From: Octopus sinensis | Lineage: Eukaryota | NCBI RefSeq assembly: GCF_006345805.1 | Contig: NC_043005.1 | Coordinates: 94,116,001-94,180,000 of the forward strand | Direction: 5' to 3' | Length of the DNA: 64,000 nucleotides | In this document: piece by piece, positions 15,031-27,290 of the stretch | Layout: each line of letters opens with the position of its first letter | Numbering within the stretch: position 1 is the first letter of the stretch | Program-made: the position numbers and the translations under genes | Notes under the pieces: generated by a model | Seen by the model: only the letters and a program-made list of their open reading frames with translations | Database searches by the model: none | Told to the model about the DNA's origin: nothing

Positions 15031-15229
15031 TTATATTATAAAAATGATGGAATGATAAAGAAGAAAATTTGCTTACTCAATACAGCCAAAGCCGTGAAAG
15101 ACATTTTCAGTTTTCTTATAAGTATTAGATTTTGTAATCAGATAATTGCTAACAGGACATATTGTTTTTGAGAAAAGAAGTAAGTAGTTGCAATTACTTA
15201 TAAAATACAGAAGAAAAAGAATTCACCCA

Positions 15230-15360
15230 GCACACACCGCAAAGTGGTTGGCATTAGGAAGGGCATCAAGTCATAGAAATTATACCAAAGTTGACACTGG
15301 AACTGGACTCTGTCAAACAGGCCAACCCTGTATGGAAAACATGTAAAATGATGATGATGA
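15230..15360 (+). mobile_element. RTE LINE 3'-end remnant
   Basis: agtggttggcattaggaagggcatc...atgatgatgatg. Confidence 0.55.
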
Positions 15361-17179
15361 TTTATATAAAGAAACTATAATATACACACACATATATATA
15401 TACACACAAACTATAGGCAATCCCTGTTTATTTTGAACTCAAACCACACTCCCATTAAAGATTAGTTATGTACTTAGCTGCTGGTGTAGTGAATTTGCGG
15501 ATATTAAAATTAAAAATTTGAAAAACAAATGATAAGAGTGCCTAGTTTAGTTTAATGTCTCACACCATCTAAGTATTGACTGATCATTCTTGAAATTGAG
15601 CAAATTAAGGAATTCATAACTTAGGTATAAAACCTCATTTAAATAGAGTTAATTGTATAATAGTGCAGAAGTAAAGGGGATGCAACATCTGGTAGATAAG
15701 AGGCCTGATGCAACTCCTTTCTACACTGGTATATTTCAAGGGAGGAATTGTCAGCTAACTAAACAAATGTAAGAGAGCGAGAGAAGTGATAAGGTGTGTG
15801 TGTGTGTGTGTATAAAACAACTGATGATCAGTTACTCTTTTCAGTTTCACTTAACTACTATATATATGTGTGTGTGTATTATATTACACACACACACACA
15901 GACACACATAATGTATATGTAGCAGAGAGTAATTCTATTAAGACATCGCAAAATATGCAAGAAATTATTTTTTTTAAATATAAAAAATACCTGTAAACTC
16001 TGCAGTAAAAAAAAATTATTAAATTGCCGACCTTCTGAATTGCACCATTCACTAGAGCAATGCTTCCCTGTAGAAGATTCGGGAGGGGGGTTTACATCTC
16101 TCCTCTTGCATACAATGAGAAACAGGTAAGTTTTGAAATTGGAGAAACTGAACTGAAGTGAAGAGCACTGCAAAGCAATAAACTATGAATTTTGCAATGC
16201 AGCGACTGATTCCAACAACCAACTATAAATGAGACACTCTAATGCAGTCACACAGTATGGTAGAAATAGCGACCAAATATCCTTGAAATCACATTCTACT
16301 GATAAAAGGAACAAAAAAGGAGGATGGACACATTGGACAATGTAGTTTTAGACATACAATAGAAGAGGGATGGTCATGGCTGGAACTCGTTTAGGCATAA
16401 ATCAGCTTGACAGGTTGATTTGGGGCTAAACAACAATAACGAGTGGCTGTAGCACCTTGGGGTACCTGCTGTTTTCAGCTGTTGGAGCCCTCTGTCATTC
16501 TCTTAATATAGTTGAGGGTGGAGGGGGAAAACCCCCAAAACAATAAAATCACAGCCCTGTTTGTGTGAACTTTCGTTTTTTTCACACACAGTTAATGTTT
16601 CCTTTTACTTGCAATGTGAAAAACAATTTATGATATTATTATTATTATGCTAGAGTATAAGAATGTTATAGGGAAACTCTTACCCTGGATGATCTATTCA
16701 AGTAAGTTGTTTTTGAAGACAACATACATATATGTATATATGAGTGTGTGTGTATATGTATGTATGGATAGATAAGAGTTCTTAATTTAGCATCAAGATG
16801 TATGGTACCATCTGTTACAGAATTACAACCAGAACCACATCCTCCCTTCGTTTATTGATGTAATATTAACACATCTCCTCCTCCCTCTTATCTTAAATAG
16901 AGACCTGACAAGCTGTAATTATGAATTAACGGGTGCAGCTAATTTTCAAATGAAATTTCTTGATTAGCCGTGAAGGCATAGCTCAAAGAGCTTGGAAGGA
17001 CATGCTCAAGGAAGGTATAAAAATAATAGTGAAGTACCTATCAAGATATGAAATGGGGAGTGGGAGTTTGTAATAGAAGAGCACACACACATACATACAC
17101 ACACATATATATATACACACACCCAAATAAAGATGTGCATGTGTGTGTATGCCTGTATGTGTGTGTATAAACACACACA

Positions 17180-17338
17180 CCATATTTACTCGTGTATACT
17201 TCCTGATTTAGTGTTAAACAAAAAAAAAAAAATTTCCCTTCATAGTTTCTGCATTGTACCGTGTATAAGTCGCACCCCACTTTTTTAACAGTTAAAATAA
17301 AGTATAAAATAGAGCGACTTATACACGAGTAGATACGT
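17180..17338. mobile_element. Small pogo/Tigger-like MITE
   Basis: Imperfect TIRs ccatatttactcgtgtata / ttatacacgagtagatacg. Confidence 0.55.
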
Positions 17339-18287
17339 TGTGTAATGTGTGTGTAGATAGAGAGATAGACTGATAGACAGAGAAAAAATGTGTTGAGACT
17401 GATATTTTTGCTAGTCTGTCTCACCCATTCATCCATTCCTGAAAACAAATTTTGTAATAGAATATTTGGTGTGGTTAGGAGAGAAGGTTTGATTAAATGA
17501 ACAGAAGCAAAAAATATATAAATGAAAAAAGAAAGGTGATTTAGAAAGATCGACACACAAACGTGCACAACAAATAACTAGCTTGATATGTCTTGTTTTG
17601 ATTGGAAATAACAGAGGTGTGGAGGCAAAAAAACAAGATTTTTTGTTAGAGGTGGGTGAAAAATATAATTGTTAAATGAAGAGAGAAGCCAGTCTTCGAG
17701 GGTTTTCATTTCTTTCTTTTTTTTCCAAAGCTAGTTTTGGGATCAATGTAGAGTGAATAGGGTGTTAATGTTAATATTTCTTTTTTAAATACGAATTAAT
17801 TAAATGGCTAGTTATTATTTTTGTTTACGTTGACAGGAAGTAGTAGTTTTTAATGATGGATTTGTAGGAAGTGTTGACATTAATGATTATCTATGGGACA
17901 CAGCGAATGCATACTTGCTTATATATATATATATGCACCCACACAAATAGACACATGTGCGTGTAATTCTAAAGAAATTCCCAATGTACATGTATGTAAT
18001 GTGTTGGATAAATATACGCACATGCAAGATATAAAAAGATACAGGGAGCTAGTTATAGAAGTACTTAATAGCATAAACACCCACTCAAGAATACGGATCT
18101 GGGTGCGTGCAAGTATGTATATATGCACATTATATATGCATGCACATATATATGAATACAGACATGTATGTATGTATATGTAAGTGTTCCCCAGGAAAAA
18201 GAATGGGTCTATAAAATCTAAAGAAAATACTGAAACCAGCTTGGATACTAAGATTTTTTGTGTAGGTTGGGCACAGGGTCATCTAAG

Positions 18288-18325
<38 letters not shown>

Positions 18326-18485
18326 CAGAATGCGCGTTTATGTCTTGCTTATAATACTTAGAGAGTGAGGAGGGGGAAGAAACTTAACAAGAACCTGCTA
18401 GTAGTAGTAGTAAACTCTTAATCAAAACAGAAAACAGACCCTACTTGTTTCCCAACAATTTTAAGATCGTCTTGTGTGTATATGT

Positions 18486-18523
<38 letters not shown>

Positions 18524-18832
18524 CATAACACCAATGTGCTTATTATGAAAACAAATGCATACACTACAAGTACTTTTTTTTTTGTTAATTATAGAAGTAA
18601 ACTGTTGGTAACAACAAAAACAACAGGAAATCATCTTACTATTGTTGATTCTGGCTGTTAGACTACATTACTCTTTCATCTATCATATTATACAACTCTT
18701 TAGTTATTAAACAATCAAGGAGAAAATTAAAAAGAGAAATGAGTCTGGAATCTGGCTTCTTTCTTCATCTAAACAGTAATCTCATCAAACTGCACACATA
18801 TACGTATATACATATGTATGGTTGTGTGAGTC

Positions 18833-18884
<52 letters not shown>

Positions 18885-19312
18885 ATATGTACATATATAT
18901 ATGCATATAAATGCATATGTGTGTGTGTGTATATATACACACACACATATACAATGGAAGTAAAAAAGGCACGCATAAAATTAAATCGTTAAATTATAAA
19001 ACTTTTCAAAAGAATAAAAACAAAAATAACAAACATGAGACTAATTAATGATGGTCGGCAAAAACAAGTGCAGCAGGGTATCAATTACTCCAAAATGTGA
19101 CGACGACTGCATCCTCTCAATCAGTTCATCAGGTTCAACAGTGTTGGATCGATATCTTCAATTCACCAAACACTTCAACACTCAACTCAGAGTGAAATCT
19201 TATATATAAATTTATATATTTATATTTATCTGTATATACAGCATGTAATTGCGAGTGTATATATTTAAATATATCATATGTATGTGTGTGTGTGTGATGT
19301 GATGTTTAAATT

Positions 19313-20914
19313 TCATTTTCTTGCTTTCTTTGGTTGGGATAGTTCTGCGATTGCATTCGTAGTGTCTGTCGTAGCAAACTGCAGGACTGGGGAGCTTAGG
19401 GGCATGGGAAGGGTAATTATTTGTTGGGTTCCATTGTTTTGATCAGTGGATTGGAGGGCAGCTGATGGCTGAAAGTTTAGAAGAGAACCGTCTGGCAGTG
19501 TAGGGGCGGCATACACTACTCCTTGAGGGGTCTGATACATGACAAATCCAGGGGTCATAGTCGTGGCCGATGTCGTACCATGCTGAGCCGTGGCAGGTAC
19601 AGACATAAGGTTTACAGTCTGGTTTTGGGTGTTGTTTGTACTTGTCGAAACCGACGTGGGTGATGTCGTGGATGCTGAAGCTGTTAGTTGTAAGGTTTCC
19701 CCGCTTACTGAAGTGACCGTCGTTGGGCTACTCATGTTTGTATTATTACTGGTGTTGCCAGATATATTGGCTATAGACACTACTTGTGTGTTAGGTAATC
19801 GGTACACAGGCGCGGCTGCCGTCTGGGCGATTTGTTGGGTCCCCTGTTGAAAGGGGATTGTAAATTGCGTCCCTGGCTGCAAAATAGCCGTTAGACTAGG
19901 CGATACCTGCATGGAGATATTAGTGTTTGTGTTGCCATTGCTGGTGGTAGAATGCGTCGAGGCGGTGGTAGCATGAGCAGCAGTGACAGAAACCGGCTTA
20001 GTCGTGGTAGCAGAGCTTGATGGTATCGTTGATAGAGTGGAAGGCACCAGCGAGGCCAGGGGTAACTGATTCTGACCGACACCAGTCGAAGTAACGTACA
20101 GGGACGTTGATTGTGGCGGTGGAGGCGACGATGTAATGGCGTTACCTATAAGTTGAGATCTGTTTAGCACCTGGTCCCCTGGCATCTGGGCCAAAAGGGG
20201 TTTCAAATCAGCTTTATTTTCATCCTCCACTGAATACGTTAGTTCAGTTTCTTCGAATCCGGTAGGGTTCATACGTTGTTGATGGGAAGGACCATCAGCA
20301 GAAGTGTCCGGGGAATTTAAACAGGTTTGGATAAGGGCTTTTCCGCTGTCACTCGTTATCATGGGTTGAAGCTTGCGAGTAGCGAATGTATATACATGTC
20401 CCGTTTCACTCGCCACAAGCAGCATTACCTGAGTACCAGTTAATGTAGATAATTCATAAGCTTTTTTCATGATCCCAGTTTTTCTTTTACTGAACGTTGT
20501 ATACCTGCGAAGTTTATTTTGAATAAATTCCATTTTGATTTTGACACGACCTTTTGTCTTTTTGCCAGGTTTTAGTCCATCGGGCGGTCGTCTAACCTGA
20601 TGTTGGCTTTGGTTTTGTTGATGTGACTGTGATTGTAAATGTAAATCGTTTCCAATGCAATCACTTTCTGAATCTGAATCCGAATTATCGTCACCAAGTT
20701 CGTTATTGGAATGTGTTGAAACCATGGTTGTCTGCATCCTGCTGCCTGGAGCCAAACTCAAGTGTTTAGAGTCAGCCCCACTCGGAGCGGTCGATGCAAT
20801 TCCCGAAGTTTTGAATACGCTTTGATCCACTAGTAGTCTACTACCATTTGTTATGTTATCTGAATGGACGTACTGCGATACTGTTAACGTTTCACAGTGA
20901 TTAGAATTCTGCAT
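19313..20914 (-). CDS. SRF: Serum response factor (MADS-box transcription factor), 533 aa from the first ATG, uninterrupted ORF
   Basis: GKKTKGRVKIKMEFIQNKLRRYTTFSKRKTGIMKKAYELSTLTGTQVMLLVASETGHVYTFATRKLQPMITSDSGKALIQTCLNSPD is the SRF MADS+SAM core (~20305-20551), followed by the SRF-typical TGFEETELTY motif and an S/T/Q-rich C-terminus. The ORF track starts at TTG 20920; first ATG is at 20914. Confidence 0.97.
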   Translation of the reverse strand: MQNSNHCETLTVSQYVHSDNITNGSRLLVDQSVFKTSGIASTAPSGADSKHLSLAPGSRMQTTMVSTHSNNELGDDNSDSDSESDCIGNDLHLQSQSHQQNQSQHQVRRPPDGLKPGKKTKGRVKIKMEFIQNKLRRYTTFSKRKTGIMKKAYELSTLTGTQVMLLVASETGHVYTFATRKLQPMITSDSGKALIQTCLNSPDTSADGPSHQQRMNPTGFEETELTYSVEDENKADLKPLLAQMPGDQVLNRSQLIGNAITSSPPPPQSTSLYVTSTGVGQNQLPLASLVPSTLSTIPSSSATTTKPVSVTAAHATTASTHSTTSNGNTNTNISMQVSPSLTAILQPGTQFTIPFQQGTQQIAQTAAAPVYRLPNTQVVSIANISGNTSNNTNMSSPTTVTSVSGETLQLTASASTTSPTSVSTSTNNTQNQTVNLMSVPATAQHGTTSATTMTPGFVMYQTPQGVVYAAPTLPDGSLLNFQPSAALQSTDQNNGTQQIITLPMPLSSPVLQFATTDTTNAIAELSQPKKARK

Positions 20915-21254
20915 TGTCAACGAGAAAGGAATAATTTACCAAATTAAACGAACGACCGTCAACAGGAAAGCCATAACGGGAAAGTGAGGAACGAATTACA
21001 TCCAAGTATTCAATAACTACACAAATATATACTTCCGCCAAAAAAGTTCATTACGATTCGCTATTGTCAAATATAAAGAAAACTAATAAATAACTACGAC
21101 ACAAACACTAATGATTATTTAAGGGAAACTACTATATTGTCAGGCATTCGCAATATAACTGTCAGCAAAATAACTGTGTATTTGCGTGTATGCAATGAAA
21201 CTAGCGCGGAAGAATATGTGAGGTTGGTCGTGTTGTGTTACCCGTATCAAGTTT

Positions 21255-21332
21255 GGAAGTACGGGGTTCCCATATATGGATGGCACGGCCAAATATGGCG
21301 CACGTGGAATGTGTGTGTGATTGACCCGCCCC
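21255..21332. promoter_or_regulatory. Putative SRF proximal promoter: Ets-like GGAAGT (21255-21260), E-box CACGTG (21301-21306) and GC box CCCGCCCC (21325-21332) around the CArG pair
   Basis: Motifs read directly; short motifs occur by chance, so support comes from clustering in a CpG-rich patch. Confidence 0.55.
21270..21298. promoter_or_regulatory. Two perfect CArG boxes (SRF binding sites): CCATATATGG 21270-21279 and CCAAATATGG 21289-21298
   Basis: Both match CC(A/T)6GG exactly, 9-bp spacer, ~360 bp upstream of the SRF ATG. Confidence 0.85.
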
Positions 21333-22029
21333 TCGCTTCACTCACTCTCTCTCTCTCTTCGTTTAATATTCTTCTTATCACTAACTCTTTCCCCCTCCTT
21401 CTCTCCACTCCTCTATCTTTTAGTCTTTCTCTAAAAAAAAAAGAACCTTCTCCTCTTACCCTCTCTCATTCTCTGTGCAACAGTAACATACCGCTCCCAC
21501 TTCGACTATTTGTCTTGTTGGTACTGACGATAAGCTTTCAATAAACTATGGTAGCCACTGAATGTCACTTTTCTTAATTAAAGTTTGCCCATTCATATTT
21601 TTTCTTAATATTAAAATAATTCATGAAAACAGAGATAAAGATCAATTTATTGATAAAAAAAATACCTGTAATATGCAGAACTCCCCAACTTTACTCAATA
21701 TTTTGTTCACTATCAAAATAATTCATTGTGCGTCTAATTATAATTTTTCTTTGATCAAAGTAAATTTCATATTAAAGAATAGTAATTGTAGATTATTCCT
21801 TATAAAAAAACACAAGAAATAAATCTTTAATTATTAAATATTCATTTTATTTTAAACTTATCAACATAAAAGCAGAATCGAAATTCTATTGCAGGCGAGT
21901 AAGTGCTTCTGTAATAAAGAAAGGGCAACTGTCGCATGTTGCGTGCTTTTTTTACTACTAACTTTCACAAAAGCGTGTTTGTTCGTGTGAGAGGCTCTGA
22001 CAACTCGAGGTTTTATTTAGAACCACTTC

Positions 22030-22622
22030 TCTCTCTCATTGCATCTGTCTATCTTTCTACCTTATGTTCTCTTACTGTTTTCTCTCACTTTTTAACACTC
22101 ATTTTTCTCTGTCTATCTATCTGTCTGCCCGTCCATCTGTTTGTCTATGCCTTTCTCTCTCTAAATTAATTTTTCCTTCCTCATCTAATCTTCTATCCTT
22201 TCCTCTCTTTTCTTCCATTATGCTTCACTTTTTCTCGTTCTCTTTATAACTTTTAATCTCTCATACTTTCATTTATGTTGTTATCTCTCATATTCTTTTA
22301 ATCTCTTCTTATACTTTCCTTCTATTTTACTAATTTCTCTCCTTCTACATACCTCCTCCGTATTTCTTGTAGGCACCCTATCTTGTCTATCTTCCCTCCT
22401 CCTTTTCTCACATTCCTATTTTCGTTTTCATTTCTGTTTCTCTTGATCTTTCTGTCTCGCCTTTTTCTTTTCTCCATTATATCTCCATCTCTTTACTTCT
22501 CTTTTTACTACTCCCCTTTCTCCATCTTTAAACCACCACCACCTCCTTTTCTTCTTCTTCTTCTTCTTCTTCTTCTCTTCTTCTTCTTCTTCTTCTTCTT
22601 CTTCTTCTTCTTCTTCTTCTTC
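22030..22622. repeat. Polypyrimidine tract ending in a (TTC)n microsatellite (~22548-22622)
   Basis: Directly visible. Confidence 0.9.
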
Positions 22623-22654
22623 TTTACTGACCTTTCACTCATATTCTTACCATT

Positions 22655-22860
22655 ATCTTTTTTCTGCGTTTCAGTCATTAGACTGCGGCCATACTGGAGC
22701 ACTGCCTTGAAGAATTTTAGTCGAAGGAATTGAGGCCAGTACTTATTTTTTAAATCTGGTACTGTTGGTCTTTTATGTCCAACAGGTAAATTACAAGGAT
22801 GTTAACAAACCAACTCTGGTTGTCAAACGGTGATGGTTGACAAACACACCCACAAACCCC
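22655..22860 (-). mobile_element. SINE 3' half
   Basis: gtttcagtcattagactgcggccatactggagcactgcc is the reverse complement of the SINE tail. Confidence 0.65.
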
Positions 22861-22914
22861 CACGCACATACATATATACACTCATACAAATATACATACA
22901 TGGACCAGATTACT

Positions 22915-23110
22915 ACCTCCCACTTTGAAGGGTATGCGTTTGTAATCCAGGAACAGGAAATATCAATCCAATACCCAATGCACAAAAGGGACAGATATGC
23001 AGAAAAAGCAGTAAAATGTGACGACCGATGCAGATTTTGTGGAGTTTACACTGAAGATATCGCCCACATCAGAAGCAGTTGTCCAAAAATGTCATCACAG
23101 TATTATCTGC
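22915..23110 (+). mobile_element. R4/Dong-like (REL-endonuclease type) LINE fragment, zinc-knuckle region
   Basis: GYAFVIQEQEI...CRFCGVYTEDIAHIRSSC is a CCHC knuckle typical of R2-group elements; clade call from memory of family motifs. Confidence 0.6.
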
Positions 23111-23679
23111 AGTTACTCTATCCAGATTATAAGTTCAAGTTTATACCTGTAAATATTGCGACCCTGGGATATGTAACACACTGCCTAAATGCCAATCTTC
23201 AGAAATTAGGTTTCCGCAAAACCAGAAAGGAGAAAGCTAATTCTAAGACTACAGATCCAATCAATCACTGGAACTGTAAAAATCTGTAAAACTTTCCGGA
23301 AGTTTATCATTTAAGTATATATGAGCATGTCTTGATATGCAAGCATATGCATGAGAATACATACATAAAACGAAACATACAAATCTGCACATATACATAC
23401 ATGCATGCATATCCTGTTGTTGCTGTTGAAATTCCAATGAAAGAGCCTTGGATCTAGGTTAGAAACCGATTCTTTTTCTATTGGCAAGAAATCTTGAAAA
23501 AAAACTGAATATTGATATACATGAAATGAAACTGAATAATGATATGTATGTACATACATACAGAGACGTATGCATACATGTATACATCCATACATGCATG
23601 CATACATACATACATACAATATTAAGCTTAGAAGCTATGCACAGTAACAGAATTTCTGACGAAAGTAGAATAAATTAAA

Positions 23680-23720
<41 letters not shown>

Positions 23721-23721
<1 letters not shown>

Positions 23722-24485
23722 GAGGGGTGTATGAAAAGTCTTGAGCCTCAAAAAAACAAAACATGGTACAAGACTTCTGATGATTTATTTTTCAACATAG
23801 TCCCCCCCGATGGCTCAACAGTTTCTCCAGCGGTGCTGAAGCGCCATTATCCTGGCGTAGAACTCGTTTGTTCGAGACTCCAATAAACTTCCTACAGCGT
23901 CTATGATGTCATTGTCACTGGCAAAATGGCGACCAGCCAGGGCTTTTTTCCTTTTTGGAAATAGATGAAAGTCAGAGGGGGCTAAGTCTGGCGAATAAGG
24001 TGGATAGGGAACAAGTTCGTATCCGCAATCACGAATTGTTGACATGGCAATCACTGAGGTGTGTGCTGGAGCTTTGTTGTGATGAAAAAGGATTCCTCTG
24101 GTGAGCATGCTTGGCCTTTTTCCTTTGACTGCTTCTCATGCTGAGAATAATACAGCCCTGTCATGGTGTGACCTTTTTCAAGATCAGCAAAACACCTTGA
24201 GAATCCCCTAAAATGGACGCCATGACCTTGCCAACTGAAGGAATGACTCTGGCCTTCTTTTAGGTAGGAGTAGATGTGTGCTTCCACTGCTTTGATTGTT
24301 CTTTGGTTTTAGGCTGGTAGAGACGGACCCAACTTTCATCTATAGTAATGAAACAAGCTAGAAAATTCTCTTCATCGGCTTCAAACAGTTCCAGATTTCT
24401 CGTAGACAAAGTGCATCTGGTGCGTTTCTGTTCAGGAGTCAAAAGGCGAGGGACCCACCTTGCAGAAACCTGAAGTGTCTCCATT
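23721..24485 (-). mobile_element. Mariner transposon, 3' half with one TIR, decayed
   Basis: SARWVPRLLT, TIDESW, HNKAPAH and PPYSPDLAPSDFHLF motifs; TIR cgaggggtgtatgaaaagt next to TA at 23719-23720. Confidence 0.9.
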
Positions 24486-24489
24486 TGGC

Positions 24490-25510
24490 AAAAGAGCCTG
24501 CTATATTAATTACTGCCATTGAGAGGCTAACAAAGACCTGGAAAACAATTCTCACTCTTAGAAAGGAGAGTGGAACAATTATCTCCAATGCCATAAACAC
24601 TTCAAAGGGAATATTTCAAAGAGATAGTCTCTGTAAGTTTGTCTATGTTGGCGTTAGATTCATTGTCATTCCTGCTACAAAAATCAAATGGCTACATGCA
24701 ACTGCTAGAAATATTAATGTAACCCATCATTTTGTGGATGACCTCAAAAAATGTTAAAAATGTTAACTATGCAAAAAAAAAAAAACAGCTGGAATTAATA
24801 ATATTTTCAGCCGACATAGGAATGGAATTTGGCCAAAAGAAATGTTTATAATTGATTGTTGAATGGGGAAAATCTGCACCCCAGACCCAAAACTTGTGCA
24901 GCAATTCTCTCACTATCTCTCCTGTCCCACACAAACAATGCTATGAGTACCTAAGCATTGATGAAAATATATCATACGAAGGTACTTTGAATAAAGATAG
25001 AGTGACCCACGAATATTATAGCAGACTTAGAAAAATAAGGCAGCTGGAACTCCCATAATGCATTTGCAGTACCAGTGCTGATTCCAACATTTGAGACATT
25101 TTTGTGGTCTATAGAAGAAATCCATTTCATAGACATTAAAACCCGCAAGATTCTGACTTCAACTGAAATCTCCACAGAAAAAGTGATATCGACAGGCCCT
25201 ACCTTGGGAGGTAGAGGCTTGAAATTAGTAGACAGCCTTTGAACATCACATAGTCTCTCTCAGATAGCACTTGCTAATCAACAACAGCAAAAATAAATTC
25301 ATTAACTTAGTGCTGAAAAGTGATGAAAACAATATTCTAGGCATCGGAAGTGAACTCCCCAAGAAGTATTCTCTTCCTGATGACCTCCCATACAATCCCA
25401 ATACAGTCGCATTAACATACTTCAAAAAAGACCTGGAAGTGAAACGCTCAGTGTACCAAAGAAATTTTAAAAAAGACCATGTATGGGTATGTTTCCTGAA
25501 GACTTGAAGA
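24490..25510 (+). mobile_element. R4/Dong-like LINE reverse-transcriptase fragment, decayed
   Basis: KGIFQRDSL (QGDSLS-like), FVDDLK catalytic motif, YEYLSIDEN (YKYLG-like), downstream LGGRGL motif at ~25245. Confidence 0.65.
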
Positions 25511-25569
25511 AGACAATAACATTGAAATGAAGTGAAGCCTCTCTTGGACTCGTGACTAATCGAAAACAA

Positions 25570-27290
25570 TCTAAAAACAGGAGATTGCTACTAAATACCT
25601 AATAAACAAAAGAGACAATAAAGCCCCTTGAAATCCAAAATGCAACCGAAAATGTAGATTATGTCATATTTCTGTGGAAGACATCCCACATTGTGATTGG
25701 CTGCCAAAAAGTATATACATACACCAAACCCGGGGGACCTAAAACTATGACCCATTGTAGCTGGCCCAGCCTGTGAAACACACAGACTAAGTCTATTTAT
25801 GGACATCCTCCTGAAACCCTACCTTAAACACATCAATAGCCATATTAGAGATGACTTGGACATGTTAAATCACCTTCCAAAAAAAAATCAAGGAAGAAAC
25901 AATCATGGTTTCATTTGATGTAGTTAATTTATATACCAGTATACCTCATAATTATGGGCTAGAGGCAATTCAGTTCTGGCTGGACCAATTTCTGAAAGAA
26001 ATACCAAAAAGGATCAGTAAAGAATTCATTACTAATTCAGTTGAATTCATTCTACAAAATAACCACTTCATGTTTGACAATATGTTTTACTGTCAAAAAT
26101 TCAGAATTGCTATGGGTACTAGGGCAGCACCAGTCATTGCGAACCTAACAATGGGCTACCTGGAGATAATAATATACCAGGAATCTTTATCTACCTTTGG
26201 AAACCCCCTTTCCCAATACATAAAATAAAATTGGAAAAGATTCCTAGATGATTGTTTCATACTCTGGAATGAAAACACAGATAAGCTCCTGAAATTCAAA
26301 AGCCTATTGAACAGCATCAACCCAAACATACAGTTCACAATGGAGTATAACCAAAAGGAGCTTCCATTCTTAGATATACTAATTAAAAAAATAAACCTAA
26401 AAATAGAAATGGACATATTTTACAAAACCACAGACGCCAAACAATATCTCATTTTTGATTCATGCCACCCAAGACACACTAAAACAAACATCCCCTTCAA
26501 CCTTGCAAGAAGGATATGAACAATAGTGTCAGAACAAAATACCAGAAACTGCAAGAACTCAAAGACACCCTAACTGACATACACTACCTAGTTCAACTCA
26601 TAGAGGATGGAATCAGACGTGCAACACAAATCAACATAGAAACCTTAAGAAAAGTTCAACACAGCAACACACCTTCCCAGAAAATACTGCCGTACATACC
26701 CACATACAGCCACACAAACAAAGAAGCCTTCACCATCATCACCCAGAATTTACCAATGCTACATAAGGACCCCAAATTAAAGGAAATTTTAAACATACAT
26801 AAAATCATTAAAAGCTACAAACAACCGAAATCACTAAAAAAGATCCTCAGAAAGGCAAAATTATTTTCTGAAATAACGGATGCAAAAGTAAAAAAATGTG
26901 GTAGACCAAATTGCGCAACATGCCCAAACCTTCTAGAAGGATCAGAATTCCTTTTCAAAGAGGGACAAAAATTCAAAATCAAATCTAATTTTACTTGTGC
27001 TTCGGAAAACCTGATTTATGTCATAAGATGCTCGGGCTGCCACAAAAACTACATAGGGTCCATGGGATTATCGCTCAGATGCAGATGCACTCTGCATTGA
27101 CAGCAGATTGCATTTCCAGAATACAGAATGATACCCCTTAGTGAACATATTGAGAAATGTGCAAAGCAACTGCTACCACAATTTATAATCTTTCCATTCT
27201 ATCAATGTGCCATTGGAACACCAATACAAGTTAGATTAAATAAGGAAATCTTCTTCATTGAAAAATATAAGCCAAAACTTAACCATTTCT
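25570..27290 (+). mobile_element. Penelope-like element (RT plus GIY-YIG endonuclease), 5'-truncated and frameshifted
   Basis: SFDVVNLYTSIP, AMGTRAAPVIANL, RFLDDCF, INPNIQFTME, LPFLDI, FYKTTD..YL.FDSCHP; CGRPNCATC zinc linker; NLIYVIRCSGCHKNYIG GIY-YIG motif. Confidence 0.92.

Noticed and set aside
16006-16131. Possible + strand exon ending in CAG|GTAAGT
   Set aside because: Single splice-like motif with no partner exons or coding signal; needs RNA-seq
19590-20082. Overlapping alternative-frame and antisense ORFs within SRF
   Set aside because: Short, expected shadows of a real CDS, with no recognisable motifs
22383-22733. Poly-F/L and poly-K/R ORFs
   Set aside because: Translations of the (TTC)n tract
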